A DNA stretch of 64,000 bases from a virus. Below the pieces are notes generated by a model that worked only from the letters and a program-made list of their open reading frames with translations, had not been told where the DNA came from and ran no database searches. Both the position numbers and the translations under genes were made by a program. This document shows positions 28,774 through 37,205 of this stretch, in pieces (the first letter of the stretch is position 1; the number at the start of each line of letters is the position of its first letter). Location: the IMG/VR virus record IMGVR_UViG_3300042868_010004, positions 32,001-96,000 of that record. The stretch is one strand, 5' to 3'.

Positions 28774-29658
28774 ATGAGAACGCACAAAAAATTCTGGACA
28801 CAGGAAGAAAAAGATTTGCTTGGCAAAGTATGCAATGGAACGGAAAGTTTCAAAACTATTGCGAAAAAATATTTTCCTAATAGAACGCATATGGCGGTTG
28901 AGTCAGCATGTAGTGTTTTTGGGTTTAAAAACGATTTCGATCATCGGACTTATCCGCCTGATGACAATTTTTGGTCTGTTCCAAATGAAAATAATTCATA
29001 TTGGGCTGGGGTGATGGCGGCAGACGGATGTATTTATAAAGATAAAGGCTTAAAATGTCGATCTTTTCATTGGGCTATTTCAGAGGTTGATTTGCCGTTG
29101 ATGAATATTTTTTATAAAGATGCCAAGTTGACATGTCCCATTATTAGATTTCAAAACACAAGAGATACTGGATACGTTAGTAAATTTATCAGGGTCAGCG
29201 TCTTTTCAAAACAATGGATGGAGGATTTTGAAAAAAATTTTAATCTAGTCCCTCTTAAAACACAAAGGCTCGCGCCCCCGGAACATCTTGAAGAAAAGCT
29301 ACTGTGGTCTTATTTGAAAGGCTACACCGATGGTGACGGATGCGTAAGAATAAGTAGAGGAAAAGAACACAAGACACTGGTTATAGAATATGCTTCTAGT
29401 AGCATAGAAATATTGCACTGGATAAAAAGGATGACTGATTTAAAATTTACATCAAGAAGGAATTACGGAAGAGAGGTTCACTCTAGCGGAAATAAACATA
29501 CTTTTTCTATTGGGGGACAAGCCGCAATTCAAATGTTCTTGTTTTTGTCAAAACTTCCCGTCCCTTGCCTTGACCGAAAATGGAAAAATCCAGAAGTCTT
29601 AGAGCTTGTCGCCAAAGAAGTCGCCGCCCGACCCGAAGCCTACAAAGACTTCGTTTAA
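28774..29658 (+). CDS. LAGLIDADG homing endonuclease
   Basis: SYWAGVMAADGC and SYLKGYTDGDGC motifs; AT-rich. Confidence 0.9.
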   Translation: MRTHKKFWTQEEKDLLGKVCNGTESFKTIAKKYFPNRTHMAVESACSVFGFKNDFDHRTYPPDDNFWSVPNENNSYWAGVMAADGCIYKDKGLKCRSFHWAISEVDLPLMNIFYKDAKLTCPIIRFQNTRDTGYVSKFIRVSVFSKQWMEDFEKNFNLVPLKTQRLAPPEHLEEKLLWSYLKGYTDGDGCVRISRGKEHKTLVIEYASSSIEILHWIKRMTDLKFTSRRNYGREVHSSGNKHTFSIGGQAAIQMFLFLSKLPVPCLDRKWKNPEVLELVAKEVAARPEAYKDFV

Positions 29659-29733
29659 TTCTTTCCCGCCCCAAAATTCTTTTTCCCATCCTTCCATCTT
29701 CTGTGTAGTCTTCATTTATAACCACACTAATTT

Positions 29734-30135
29734 ATGCCCAAAGCTAAAACCAAAATTAAACCGACTGAAAAATTCGAATCTCTGGAGGTCGCCGATGGCC
29801 AAAAAGAGGTTCCTGTCGCCGCGCTCAAAAAACCTAAAAACATTGAAGAAATTCTTCGCGCGAGCAAGAAGCTCCGTATGGAACAAACGCAGGAAGAGTA
29901 TGAAGATCATATCTCGGCTCTGTCTATGGCCGAATTGCAAGACCACGCCTATCAAAAACGCCTTCTCCCTATTGCGAATCGGAAGAAGCTCGAAAGTTTG
30001 CTTGTTCAAGAATTTATTCGTGAGCGAATTTACGCGAAGTCTGCCCGACCGCTGACCGACCCGTTTGCTGACATTCGGAAAAATCCCGATAAGTATAAGG
30101 CTCTGCAAGATATTCTGAATAAGCATAAGAAGTAA
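29734..30135 (+). CDS. hypothetical protein (133 aa), head module
   Basis: ATG ORF after a GTGTAG variant box. Confidence 0.75.
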   Translation: MPKAKTKIKPTEKFESLEVADGQKEVPVAALKKPKNIEEILRASKKLRMEQTQEEYEDHISALSMAELQDHAYQKRLLPIANRKKLESLLVQEFIRERIYAKSARPLTDPFADIRKNPDKYKALQDILNKHKK

Positions 30136-30160
30136 CTCGGTCTTTCTAATCCAAAACCAA

Positions 30161-30196
30161 AAAGTGTAACCTCTAAAGCGGGTTACGCTTTTTTAT
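30161..30196 (+). terminator. terminator hairpin containing GTGTAACC
   Basis: AAAGTGTAACC/GGTTACGCTTT stem (G-U pair) plus T-run. Confidence 0.65.
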
Positions 30197-30223
30197 TTTT
30201 TAATACCAACCATCCTATCCCTC

Positions 30224-30745
30224 ATGTCTTGCAACTATATATATAATCTAGCTTCTGGTATCTGGGAAGACATTGGGCAACCCACAGCGACTTCCATACA
30301 ATATATCTCCGGCTGGCTGGTCGCGGATTCAAACTTAGGTAAGCTGAATAATGCTGTCAATACCTGCTATTCCGGTGTCTCTGGATGTGTCGATCCGGTC
30401 ATTAGCGGGGATGAGCAAGCCATTTACAAAGACCTGTATTTAATTTCTTATTATGGTCGTCAAGCCACCGCCTTTCTTGGAGCCGCCGGGATCGACCAGT
30501 GGTTGGAAATCAAAGACGATGTTAGTTCAATCAAAAGGCAGAATAAGAATGAGCTAAGTAAATCATTTATAGCCCTACAAAAACAGACGCAAGAAGATCT
30601 CCGTGATAAGATCTTCGCTTATGAGCGCAATCGAGCCCAACCCGCCGTTATTGATATGGGTAGCGGTGATGAAATTGTCTATCAAGATTACGTCAATGAG
30701 AGAAATACTCGGGCGAATGGTCCGGGCGGAACCTGTGGCTGTTAA
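30224..30745 (+). CDS. putative head-tail adaptor
   Basis: size and position after the capsid gene; inferred from synteny. Confidence 0.55.
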   Translation: MSCNYIYNLASGIWEDIGQPTATSIQYISGWLVADSNLGKLNNAVNTCYSGVSGCVDPVISGDEQAIYKDLYLISYYGRQATAFLGAAGIDQWLEIKDDVSSIKRQNKNELSKSFIALQKQTQEDLRDKIFAYERNRAQPAVIDMGSGDEIVYQDYVNERNTRANGPGGTCGC

Positions 30746-30771
30746 GACAAACTTCTGACTGAACCTATCTC

Positions 30772-31233
30772 ATGCCCTCTTTAATTTCTCCGACTGAAGA
30801 TGCCTCATACAGAGCAGCAATAACTGACTTGCACGATACTTGGGCCAAGCCGATTGTTATTTTTTCTACTCGGAAGAGGGTGGTTATCTCAACTAATCCG
30901 AATCACAATTTCCTGTATGCTACGGGACCAAATCAAACTCAAACTGCTGACGAAGTAGTTAAAACAGAGGGAGCGGCCCGCATACATTACAAGAGGGAAC
31001 TTCAAACTGCCGACTTGGCAAAAAATACTTCCGGCACGGCCTCCGATCAATTTAATACATCCCGGAAGGATTGGGACGTTAAGTTGATTGTCACAAAAGA
31101 CATCAAAACCCTGATTGAAAAAGCGGAACGGATAGAGTTCAACGATCAGATTTTCCAAGTTCATACTGACCCGCGTCCACACGGAGTTGTTTCATACCAG
31201 TTTTACAACTTCTATCTCAAAGCCCTGAATTAA
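30772..31233 (+). CDS. putative head-closure protein
   Basis: C-terminal RIEFNDQIFQVHTDPRPHG...YNFYLK beta pattern typical of closure proteins; synteny. Confidence 0.6.
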   Translation: MPSLISPTEDASYRAAITDLHDTWAKPIVIFSTRKRVVISTNPNHNFLYATGPNQTQTADEVVKTEGAARIHYKRELQTADLAKNTSGTASDQFNTSRKDWDVKLIVTKDIKTLIEKAERIEFNDQIFQVHTDPRPHGVVSYQFYNFYLKALN

Positions 31234-31281
31234 ACAAAAAAGTTTTCTTAATACAGCCCCCTTTGATTTCCAGTCTCCTTC

Positions 31282-31896
31282 ATGGCCTCCTTTAACCGCA
31301 TTAACTTCCAAAGAGAAGTCTCAGCTCAAATCCGAAATAAGGCATTTCCGGTTATGGCAGCGCGCACGCGGGGCTTCTTCGAGCGGGAAAAAGACCGAAT
31401 GCTTTCTGAATTTGAATCCCATCCGGTCACGAAAGAACTGCAATCACCTTCTGATTCCTCTCAATTTCTGTCCCAAGGCAATCTCGTTGGTTTATTCGGT
31501 TATGAAGATGCGACAGGCGAAGTTGATAAAGTCCGTGAGAATTTAGAGCAAACCAGTATTGTTTTCTTGGATCGTGGTCGCGTTGATAAGGATGGCAGGT
31601 ATGTAATTAGAGTCAAAGCGGAAACCCCTTCGGTTGCCCTGTTGAATGAGGAAACGGAATTACCTTGGCAGAGCAAGGGGCTTGTTGATGCGGTCGAATT
31701 GGGCGTTAGTGGATTCTTCCGGACCTTGTTTGGTGGCGGGTTTGAAGGTTCGCGCTCGGGCGAAGGCATTCAGGTTAAAAACAAAGTCAGGGATGAGTCA
31801 TTTAGTGGTATCGGTCGCGGTGGTTATCTCCGTGGCATTCTCCGGCGTTTCGCCCAAAGGGTTCGTAGCGGGCCTATAACCAGAGGACAATCATAA
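31282..31896 (+). CDS. putative neck / tail-completion protein
   Basis: basic 204-aa ORF in neck position; synteny. Confidence 0.55.
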   Translation: MASFNRINFQREVSAQIRNKAFPVMAARTRGFFEREKDRMLSEFESHPVTKELQSPSDSSQFLSQGNLVGLFGYEDATGEVDKVRENLEQTSIVFLDRGRVDKDGRYVIRVKAETPSVALLNEETELPWQSKGLVDAVELGVSGFFRTLFGGGFEGSRSGEGIQVKNKVRDESFSGIGRGGYLRGILRRFAQRVRSGPITRGQS

Positions 31897-32741
31897 TGAA
31901 AGAAACTTTTAATCATAAGGCAACCTCTTCTTTCTATCTCTGGTTTGATAATTATCTACTAGACAAAGGAGAAGCCTTTATAAATGAAACCGGTATTTTC
32001 TATCCAACCGTAGATGAACAAATTCCGGGCTTTAACGTCCTTTCCTCTTCTTATAAACAATTCGTTTGGGACGATAGCGTTTCCGGCTCTACAGTTATTT
32101 CCGGTGTATATCCAAGCGGAAATCAGACCTTGATTCAAAGGGGGCAGGATGGCCTCAAAGTTGATTATCAGAATGGTCGGATTTTAAGCACGGGCAATCT
32201 CTCCTCTCCGTTATATTCGGGTGTTTTTTCACGAAAAGAATTTAATACCTATCTCACCAATGAGAGGGATCTGCCTTTGGTTTTCGAGAAAGTCATGGGC
32301 AACAACCCGAATCTTGACGCCCCCGCAACGGGCATAGAACCGAATACCTATGCGGCTCCCTGCTGCATCATATCAATGTCGTCCTCTCAGAACGCCCCTT
32401 TTGCTTTCGGTGGAATGGACCAAACAGATGTTACGGCTAGAGTTTTGATTGTATCAAAGGATATGTGGCAAATGGACGGGATACTTTCGATCTTCCGTGA
32501 TTCAAATAACTTAAAAATTCCATTAATTCCAGCCTCTGGTCTTCCGTTGGATTTTTATGGAGACCTCAAGTTTAACTATAACTATCGGGAATTATTCAAT
32601 CAATTTTGCGGAAATGGCTTTTATGTTGATAAAGTTATAGCCTCAAAAGTCTCCGAACGGACAAATAAAAATTCAACCTACTTCGTCTCCTCTTTGGAGT
32701 TTCAATTAGCATCTTTCCGCTACCCCCGCTCAGACCTATAA
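31896..32741 (+). CDS. putative tail terminator protein
   Basis: directly upstream of the major tail gene; synteny. Confidence 0.5.
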   Translation: MKETFNHKATSSFYLWFDNYLLDKGEAFINETGIFYPTVDEQIPGFNVLSSSYKQFVWDDSVSGSTVISGVYPSGNQTLIQRGQDGLKVDYQNGRILSTGNLSSPLYSGVFSRKEFNTYLTNERDLPLVFEKVMGNNPNLDAPATGIEPNTYAAPCCIISMSSSQNAPFAFGGMDQTDVTARVLIVSKDMWQMDGILSIFRDSNNLKIPLIPASGLPLDFYGDLKFNYNYRELFNQFCGNGFYVDKVIASKVSERTNKNSTYFVSSLEFQLASFRYPRSDL

Positions 32742-32855
32742 TTATTTTTCTCTTTCGTTCTGAGAAAGTGTAAACCCTCACTAGGCAATTAGTTTTTATT
32801 CTGTCTGTTTCCCCATTTTTTAAACTCCGTCCAACAATAAGCCCAATCCAATCTT

Positions 32856-33920
32856 ATGTCATTCAATCGTAGAATTTCCCAAACTCAGGGTCTTTTCGTT
32901 TCCCCCACTGGTGTCGCTGGTGTTACTGGTGTCGCTCAAATCTCCCGCGTTCAATCCGTGAATGATGGCTGGGAACTCAATCGTCAGAACGTCAATCAGT
33001 TCGGTCAACTTGCCGCTCTTTCCCGCGAGATTGTTGATGCCCCCACCGTCAATCTTTCCTTCTCTTATTATGTTACCGATGGTGCCGATGAAGAGCGTCT
33101 TGGTTTTGATATTGATGGCGTGAATGGCGCTCTTACTAATATTCTCAATAAGACCCAATCTGAGAAAAATTATTACATTCCCACCGTCCCCGAAGGCGAG
33201 GATCTTGCTGGTGAAGCTGTCGCGAGCATTGTTGATACCCGCGCTATCGGCAACGGTTTCGTATCTTCCTATTCTGTCGAAGGCTCTGTTGGTGGTTTCC
33301 TCACTGCGAATGTCTCTGTTGAAGCCTCTAATGCGGCCTATCACCTTGGCGGCTCTGGCAACCCCAATCCCGCGATTGATCCCCTTGATGGCGACGCCCT
33401 TTCCGGCACTTATACCCTTCCCGTTGGTGTGACTGGTGATGCAGGTCAGCCCATCGTTCTGAAACAAGGCGATCTCAGCCTAAATTTCGGTTCTATTGAT
33501 ACTATCGGTGCGACACTGACCGGTCTTGGTGCCGCCCACATTCAGTCATTCAATCTCAACATCCCGATGGGCCGCGAGCAGCTTCAGCGCCTTGGCAACC
33601 GTTATGCTTATGACCGTCCGCTGACCTTCCCAATTGATGTCACTCTGTCTGTCTCTGCCTTCGTCAATCAGTTGAATACCGGTTCCCTCGCCGAACTGTA
33701 TTGCGGTGACAACAAACATAATATTTCAATCGTTGCTAACAACTCCTGTATTGGTGGCGGGACCGCCGAGATGGTTTACACTCTGAAGGGTGCGACTCTG
33801 GATGCCAAATCCTTCACTTCCTCCATTGGCCCGGCTCAGACTGTCGATCTGACATTTACGGCCTCGGTTGGTGGTCCGAATGATGCAATTAATAACATTC
33901 TGTTCTCTGGCTCCGCCTAA
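32856..33920 (+). CDS. major tail (tube) protein
   Basis: 354 aa, high-expression codon bias, beta-rich pattern (YTLKGATLDAKSFTSSIG), GTGTAA box at 32768, terminator after it. Confidence 0.8.
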   Translation: MSFNRRISQTQGLFVSPTGVAGVTGVAQISRVQSVNDGWELNRQNVNQFGQLAALSREIVDAPTVNLSFSYYVTDGADEERLGFDIDGVNGALTNILNKTQSEKNYYIPTVPEGEDLAGEAVASIVDTRAIGNGFVSSYSVEGSVGGFLTANVSVEASNAAYHLGGSGNPNPAIDPLDGDALSGTYTLPVGVTGDAGQPIVLKQGDLSLNFGSIDTIGATLTGLGAAHIQSFNLNIPMGREQLQRLGNRYAYDRPLTFPIDVTLSVSAFVNQLNTGSLAELYCGDNKHNISIVANNSCIGGGTAEMVYTLKGATLDAKSFTSSIGPAQTVDLTFTASVGGPNDAINNILFSGSA

Positions 33921-33943
33921 TAAGGAAAATAAAATTCATAATT

Positions 33944-33975
33944 AACCCATTCAGGTTTTTCTGAGTGGGTTTTTT
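33944..33975 (+). terminator. intrinsic terminator after the major tail gene
   Basis: AACCCATTCAG/CTGAGTGGGTT stem plus T-run. Confidence 0.85.
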
Positions 33976-33976
33976 A

Positions 33977-34005
33977 TTGACTAAAAAGGAGGAAATTGTC
34001 ATAAT
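33977..34005 (+). promoter_or_regulatory. near-consensus sigma70 promoter (TTGACT-N17-CATAAT, TG extended -10)
   Basis: hexamers read directly; ATG 34012 lies 6 nt after the -10 (leaderless geometry). Confidence 0.75.
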
Positions 34006-34011
34006 CTTTAT

Positions 34012-34266
34012 ATGTCTAATGAATCCAAGCAGTCTATCATTCGTTTTTCCGCCGATGCCGCTAAAGATTATATCTGTCTGACTCTAGCGGATGGCCGGGT
34101 ATTTGAAGGTCGGAAGGCCATGAGGGACGTTCAGGTATCTTGGAAGCGGCACTTTGATTCCTATATGGGGTGGATTTCCGTAGAGGATAAAGTGTGGTTT
34201 GATGAAGGCCGGGCAGAACGACTTTACAACGAGCGGATGATTGCCAAGGGTGTCTTTACTTTTTGA
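34012..34266 (+). CDS. hypothetical protein (84 aa), moron-like
   Basis: has its own sigma70 promoter. Confidence 0.75.
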   Translation: MSNESKQSIIRFSADAAKDYICLTLADGRVFEGRKAMRDVQVSWKRHFDSYMGWISVEDKVWFDEGRAERLYNERMIAKGVFTF

Positions 34267-34443
34267 AACTTTGCTCTTGACTAATCCTTAAAGATTTTAA
34301 ATACTATCTTTGTTAGGCGCTTGGAGCCTAATTGTTCTTTGTCCGTAAAGTTGTTAGTAGAAAACGCTCAGAACTTTACCGCTAATAACGGTCATTTGAA
34401 AGCAACAAGCGCCCCAAAGGTCCAATCCCGATGGGGCTATTTT

Positions 34444-34713
34444 ATGAATCTTAATCGCTTCTCCATTCTAAACAGACTCAATCAGGAACAGATAAAGGAA
34501 TTATCCGAATCTTTCGGGTTTTCCTACTCTGAATTTCGTGAGGCCACAACCGGAAGGTATTTTAATGAAAAAATTTGCGATAAGATATGCAAGATGCTAG
34601 GCTATCGTCAGTGGTATCCGAAGTATTGGCCGAAGAATATGCCATATAACGGTTTAATGAATAAGGAAATGGGTAAAAAAATTCAAAAAAGAAAAGAAAA
34701 AGCAAAAAAGTAA
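34444..34713 (+). CDS. basic hypothetical protein, possibly HTH-like (probable start ATG 34444)
   Basis: LNQEQIKELSESFGFSYSEFREA helical pattern; Lys-rich tail. Confidence 0.6.
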   Translation: MNLNRFSILNRLNQEQIKELSESFGFSYSEFREATTGRYFNEKICDKICKMLGYRQWYPKYWPKNMPYNGLMNKEMGKKIQKRKEKAKK

Positions 34714-34748
34714 TTCTAGAATATCGTTCTTTCGTGTAAAATATTGAT

Positions 34749-35065
34749 AAGGTCCGATAAAAGCGTGAAAAAACGCTACAATTGCGCCAGCCTCTAACGG
34801 GATTTCCCACAATGCAGTTTGTGCCCGGACCAGCGCACTTTTGGTAAAACGGTTTACCGATGGGAGTAAGCAGCCTACTTAATTAAAGGGCGGACGTAAA
34901 AATCCGCGCAGGACCGAAGCAAATGTGGGCGAGACCGGTAGAGATTCAATCTCGCCGCCTTTTTCAGTGGCCCTTTGGGGTAATAGTCTCGCTTTTCGAA
35001 AGAAAGATTGGGCTGATGGGCGTAGTCCTAATTCACCACCCCGCTAGGGTGGATTGTGGACTTTT
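34749..35065 (+). ncRNA. putative structured non-coding RNA (~315 nt), family unrecognised
   Basis: ORF-free; starts ~10 nt after GTGTAA (34734); at least 8 predicted helices including nested multibranch pairings. Confidence 0.45.
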
Positions 35066-35620
35066 GGGACAGTAAAACAAAAGAGGTTCGTCGTTTGTGC
35101 TAACATGAATTAAAAAAAATGTATTTGTTGGCGAAAAAACCTGTTTTTGAGACAATCCGGCAAAGCCGGACAATCACCAAACGGGTAACTTCCAACAGTG
35201 GCAACTTTTTGAGTTAGCCCAATGAAGACCCAGAGCAAAACAAAACTTTTTCCGAGCAAAAAGATTTTCTTTTGATTTTCGCAAAGCCTCAAATTTCAAT
35301 CACCGCAAAAGTCTTTTCCAAAACCCGGCGAAACGAAAACGGCAAGCTCTGTCTAACGTTTAATCTTACCGAATTCGGTATCTTTAACGATCAATAAGAA
35401 AACGATTGTCGTTAAGAACGAATCAAAATCATTTGATAGTTTCTGCCGACCTATCGGTGTGTTTGACTATCATATTTCAACGATTGTATTTAGCCCCACA
35501 CCCCCCTACCCCCCCTCGCCCGTTTTGGCCCGCGCCGCCCGCCGAAATTCGCTCTTGACTTTTTTGCGAAAATCTTGAACAATACCCAAATCATGACAAC
35601 CAATCCAAATTCTAATTCAG

Positions 35621-35719
35621 ATCTAACGTCAAAGATGAGCGAGACGGATGATTGGCACTGGACGTGCGTAAGCACGGACTGTGACAAGCATACGGCTTCG
35701 CTCCATCGCTTTGTTAGGC
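35621..35719 (-). other. attC site 1 (99 bp)
   Basis: minus strand: GCCTAAC-AAAGC-GATGGAGC ... GCTCATC-TTTGAC-GTTAGAT (R''-5-L''(8, extra G) ... L'(7)-6-R'). Confidence 0.9.
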
Positions 35720-35755
35720 TTCTTTTTTTTAATTTTTCTGATAAAACGGAAAAAA

Positions 35756-36046
35756 TTAGCGAGGACCGTTCCGTTTCAATTCAGCTATCTGAGCAAGAAT
35801 ACCATCAAAGATTGGATGCACTGTCTCGCCTTCCTCCTGAACTTTAATGGAAAACACAACGGTAAGAACCGAACCTTTCTTCGGCTGAATATTCTTTTCT
35901 TTTAATGTCTGCTCTATGGCAAGAATCGCACCATCAATTGAAAGATCATGTGGGGCGACGACTCTCCAAACCCCCTCGGTTACTGGGTCGATTAGCTCAA
36001 CCACATTTGGAGCCTTCTTTGTGAACTGAAACTTTAAGTTACTCAT
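35756..36046 (-). CDS. cassette-borne hypothetical protein (96 aa from ATG 36046)
   Basis: stop 36 nt before the attC1 R'' box. Confidence 0.7.
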   Translation of the reverse strand: MSNLKFQFTKKAPNVVELIDPVTEGVWRVVAPHDLSIDGAILAIEQTLKEKNIQPKKGSVLTVVFSIKVQEEGETVHPIFDGILAQIAELKRNGPR

Positions 36047-36197
36047 TTTTCTGATTTTTCTATGATTACTAATACAAACAAAGTAAATTCCGACCAACAA
36101 CCCGACTACTCCGATAACCTAGTTGATACCGGAGTTAGAATGTGCCGGGACGACGAAAATAAATCCCTCACCGTATCCGTGGATGAATCCACTTTCA

Positions 36198-36485
36198 CTA
36201 TTCCCTTTTCCTTTCTTGAATCTGTCGTAACAGGCTTAATTCTTCAGGGCTGGGCAGGCCGTGTGCTGCCACCTGATTATCTGGATCAACTTTTAATATC
36301 ACTACCGGCGGGAGGTAAGGATCTATTCCGTCCCTGATGCGCTTGCTTCTGAAATCGACTACCGCTTTCTTAGCGGACTCAAAAGATAGTTCATGATCAG
36401 AGAATACCCAATATGTGATTTTTAGTCCGGGGTCACGGACACCGATCATGTGTTTTGGTGGAACCTCTTTGATGAAGTCGCTCAT
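36198..36485 (-). CDS. cassette-borne hypothetical protein (95 aa)
   Basis: ATG 77 nt after the attC2 R' box. Confidence 0.7.
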   Translation of the reverse strand: MSDFIKEVPPKHMIGVRDPGLKITYWVFSDHELSFESAKKAVVDFRSKRIRDGIDPYLPPVVILKVDPDNQVAAHGLPSPEELSLLRQIQERKRE

Positions 36486-36562
36486 GGTAATAATTTTTTA
36501 ATTTATGAATAACGCTAACGAAAAACAAATCGGCGCGGAAGCGCCTTCTGATGGCTCGGTGT

Positions 36563-36660
36563 GCCTAACGCCCCAGCCTACCCATGACACTGATTGGCAC
36601 GAATCGTGCGCAGCACGAGGCGTGACAAGCAGGGGCATTGGGTGCGGCGCTTCGTTAGGC
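36563..36660 (-). other. attC site 2 (98 bp)
   Basis: minus strand: GCCTAAC-GAAGC-GCCGCACC ... GGTAGGC-TGGGGC-GTTAGGC; shares TGATTGGCAC, CGTGCG..AGCACG and GTGACAAGCA with attC1. Confidence 0.88.
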
Positions 36661-36706
36661 TCTTTTTTGGCTTCCGGATTCGTTTATCAAGTGCTGCACT
36701 GCCTTT

Positions 36707-37138
36707 TCAGACCTTTTTACTATTTCCGTCTTGTTCGGTGGTTTGTAAGTCTGAATCCGACCATTCATCATTTTCTCCTTTTGTGTCAGGCGTCGGCAAT
36801 ATGTCGGGGTAACTCTCAATCGGCCTTGGCGTGTATAAATAATCCGAATTCTCCGGGCAAGATAGCCTTTTATTCAAATTATACGTTACCGTTGCCATAT
36901 CCAAAGAACGAAAAAATGGATGCCAAGGCTTGGGGGCCTCTGCCATCAATCTCCCACCAAACTCCCACACAAGACAAACTGTGCCCGCAATCCCAGCATT
37001 TGCCGCGCAAATCTGTATAAAAATCTTGGTTTCAAGCATATCTTTCGCGGTGGCATTTTGTGCCCACCGTCCATTCAGAGGAACTATAATCATTTGCTGA
37101 CCACGAACATTCAAATGCGCTATATTGTAATTCTTCAT
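36707..37138 (-). CDS. cassette-borne hypothetical protein (143 aa)
   Basis: AHLNVRGQQMIIVPL...CAANAGIAGTVCLVW...APKPWHPFFRS looks like a conserved small bacterial domain; ends 46 nt before attC2. Confidence 0.75.
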   Translation of the reverse strand: MKNYNIAHLNVRGQQMIIVPLNGRWAQNATAKDMLETKIFIQICAANAGIAGTVCLVWEFGGRLMAEAPKPWHPFFRSLDMATVTYNLNKRLSCPENSDYLYTPRPIESYPDILPTPDTKGENDEWSDSDLQTTEQDGNSKKV

Positions 37139-37205
37139 ATTGTAAGATAGATGAATAAAATTCAGTAAATTAGCAGGATTGCGTCCGAAACCAATAAAAC
37201 TCTGG

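Noticed and set aside
34749-35065. Group I intron core
   Set aside because: A GUAGUCC S-like stretch exists, but there is no matching P7 partner in the right order and no interrupted gene.
35351-35417. attC site at GTCTAAC ... GTTAAGA
   Set aside because: No complementary L'/L'' boxes at the required spacing.
36062-36337. Plus-strand 91-aa ORF in the cassette array
   Set aside because: Overlaps the minus-strand ORF 36198-36485, which fits cassette polarity; no promoter signature. Not fully excluded.
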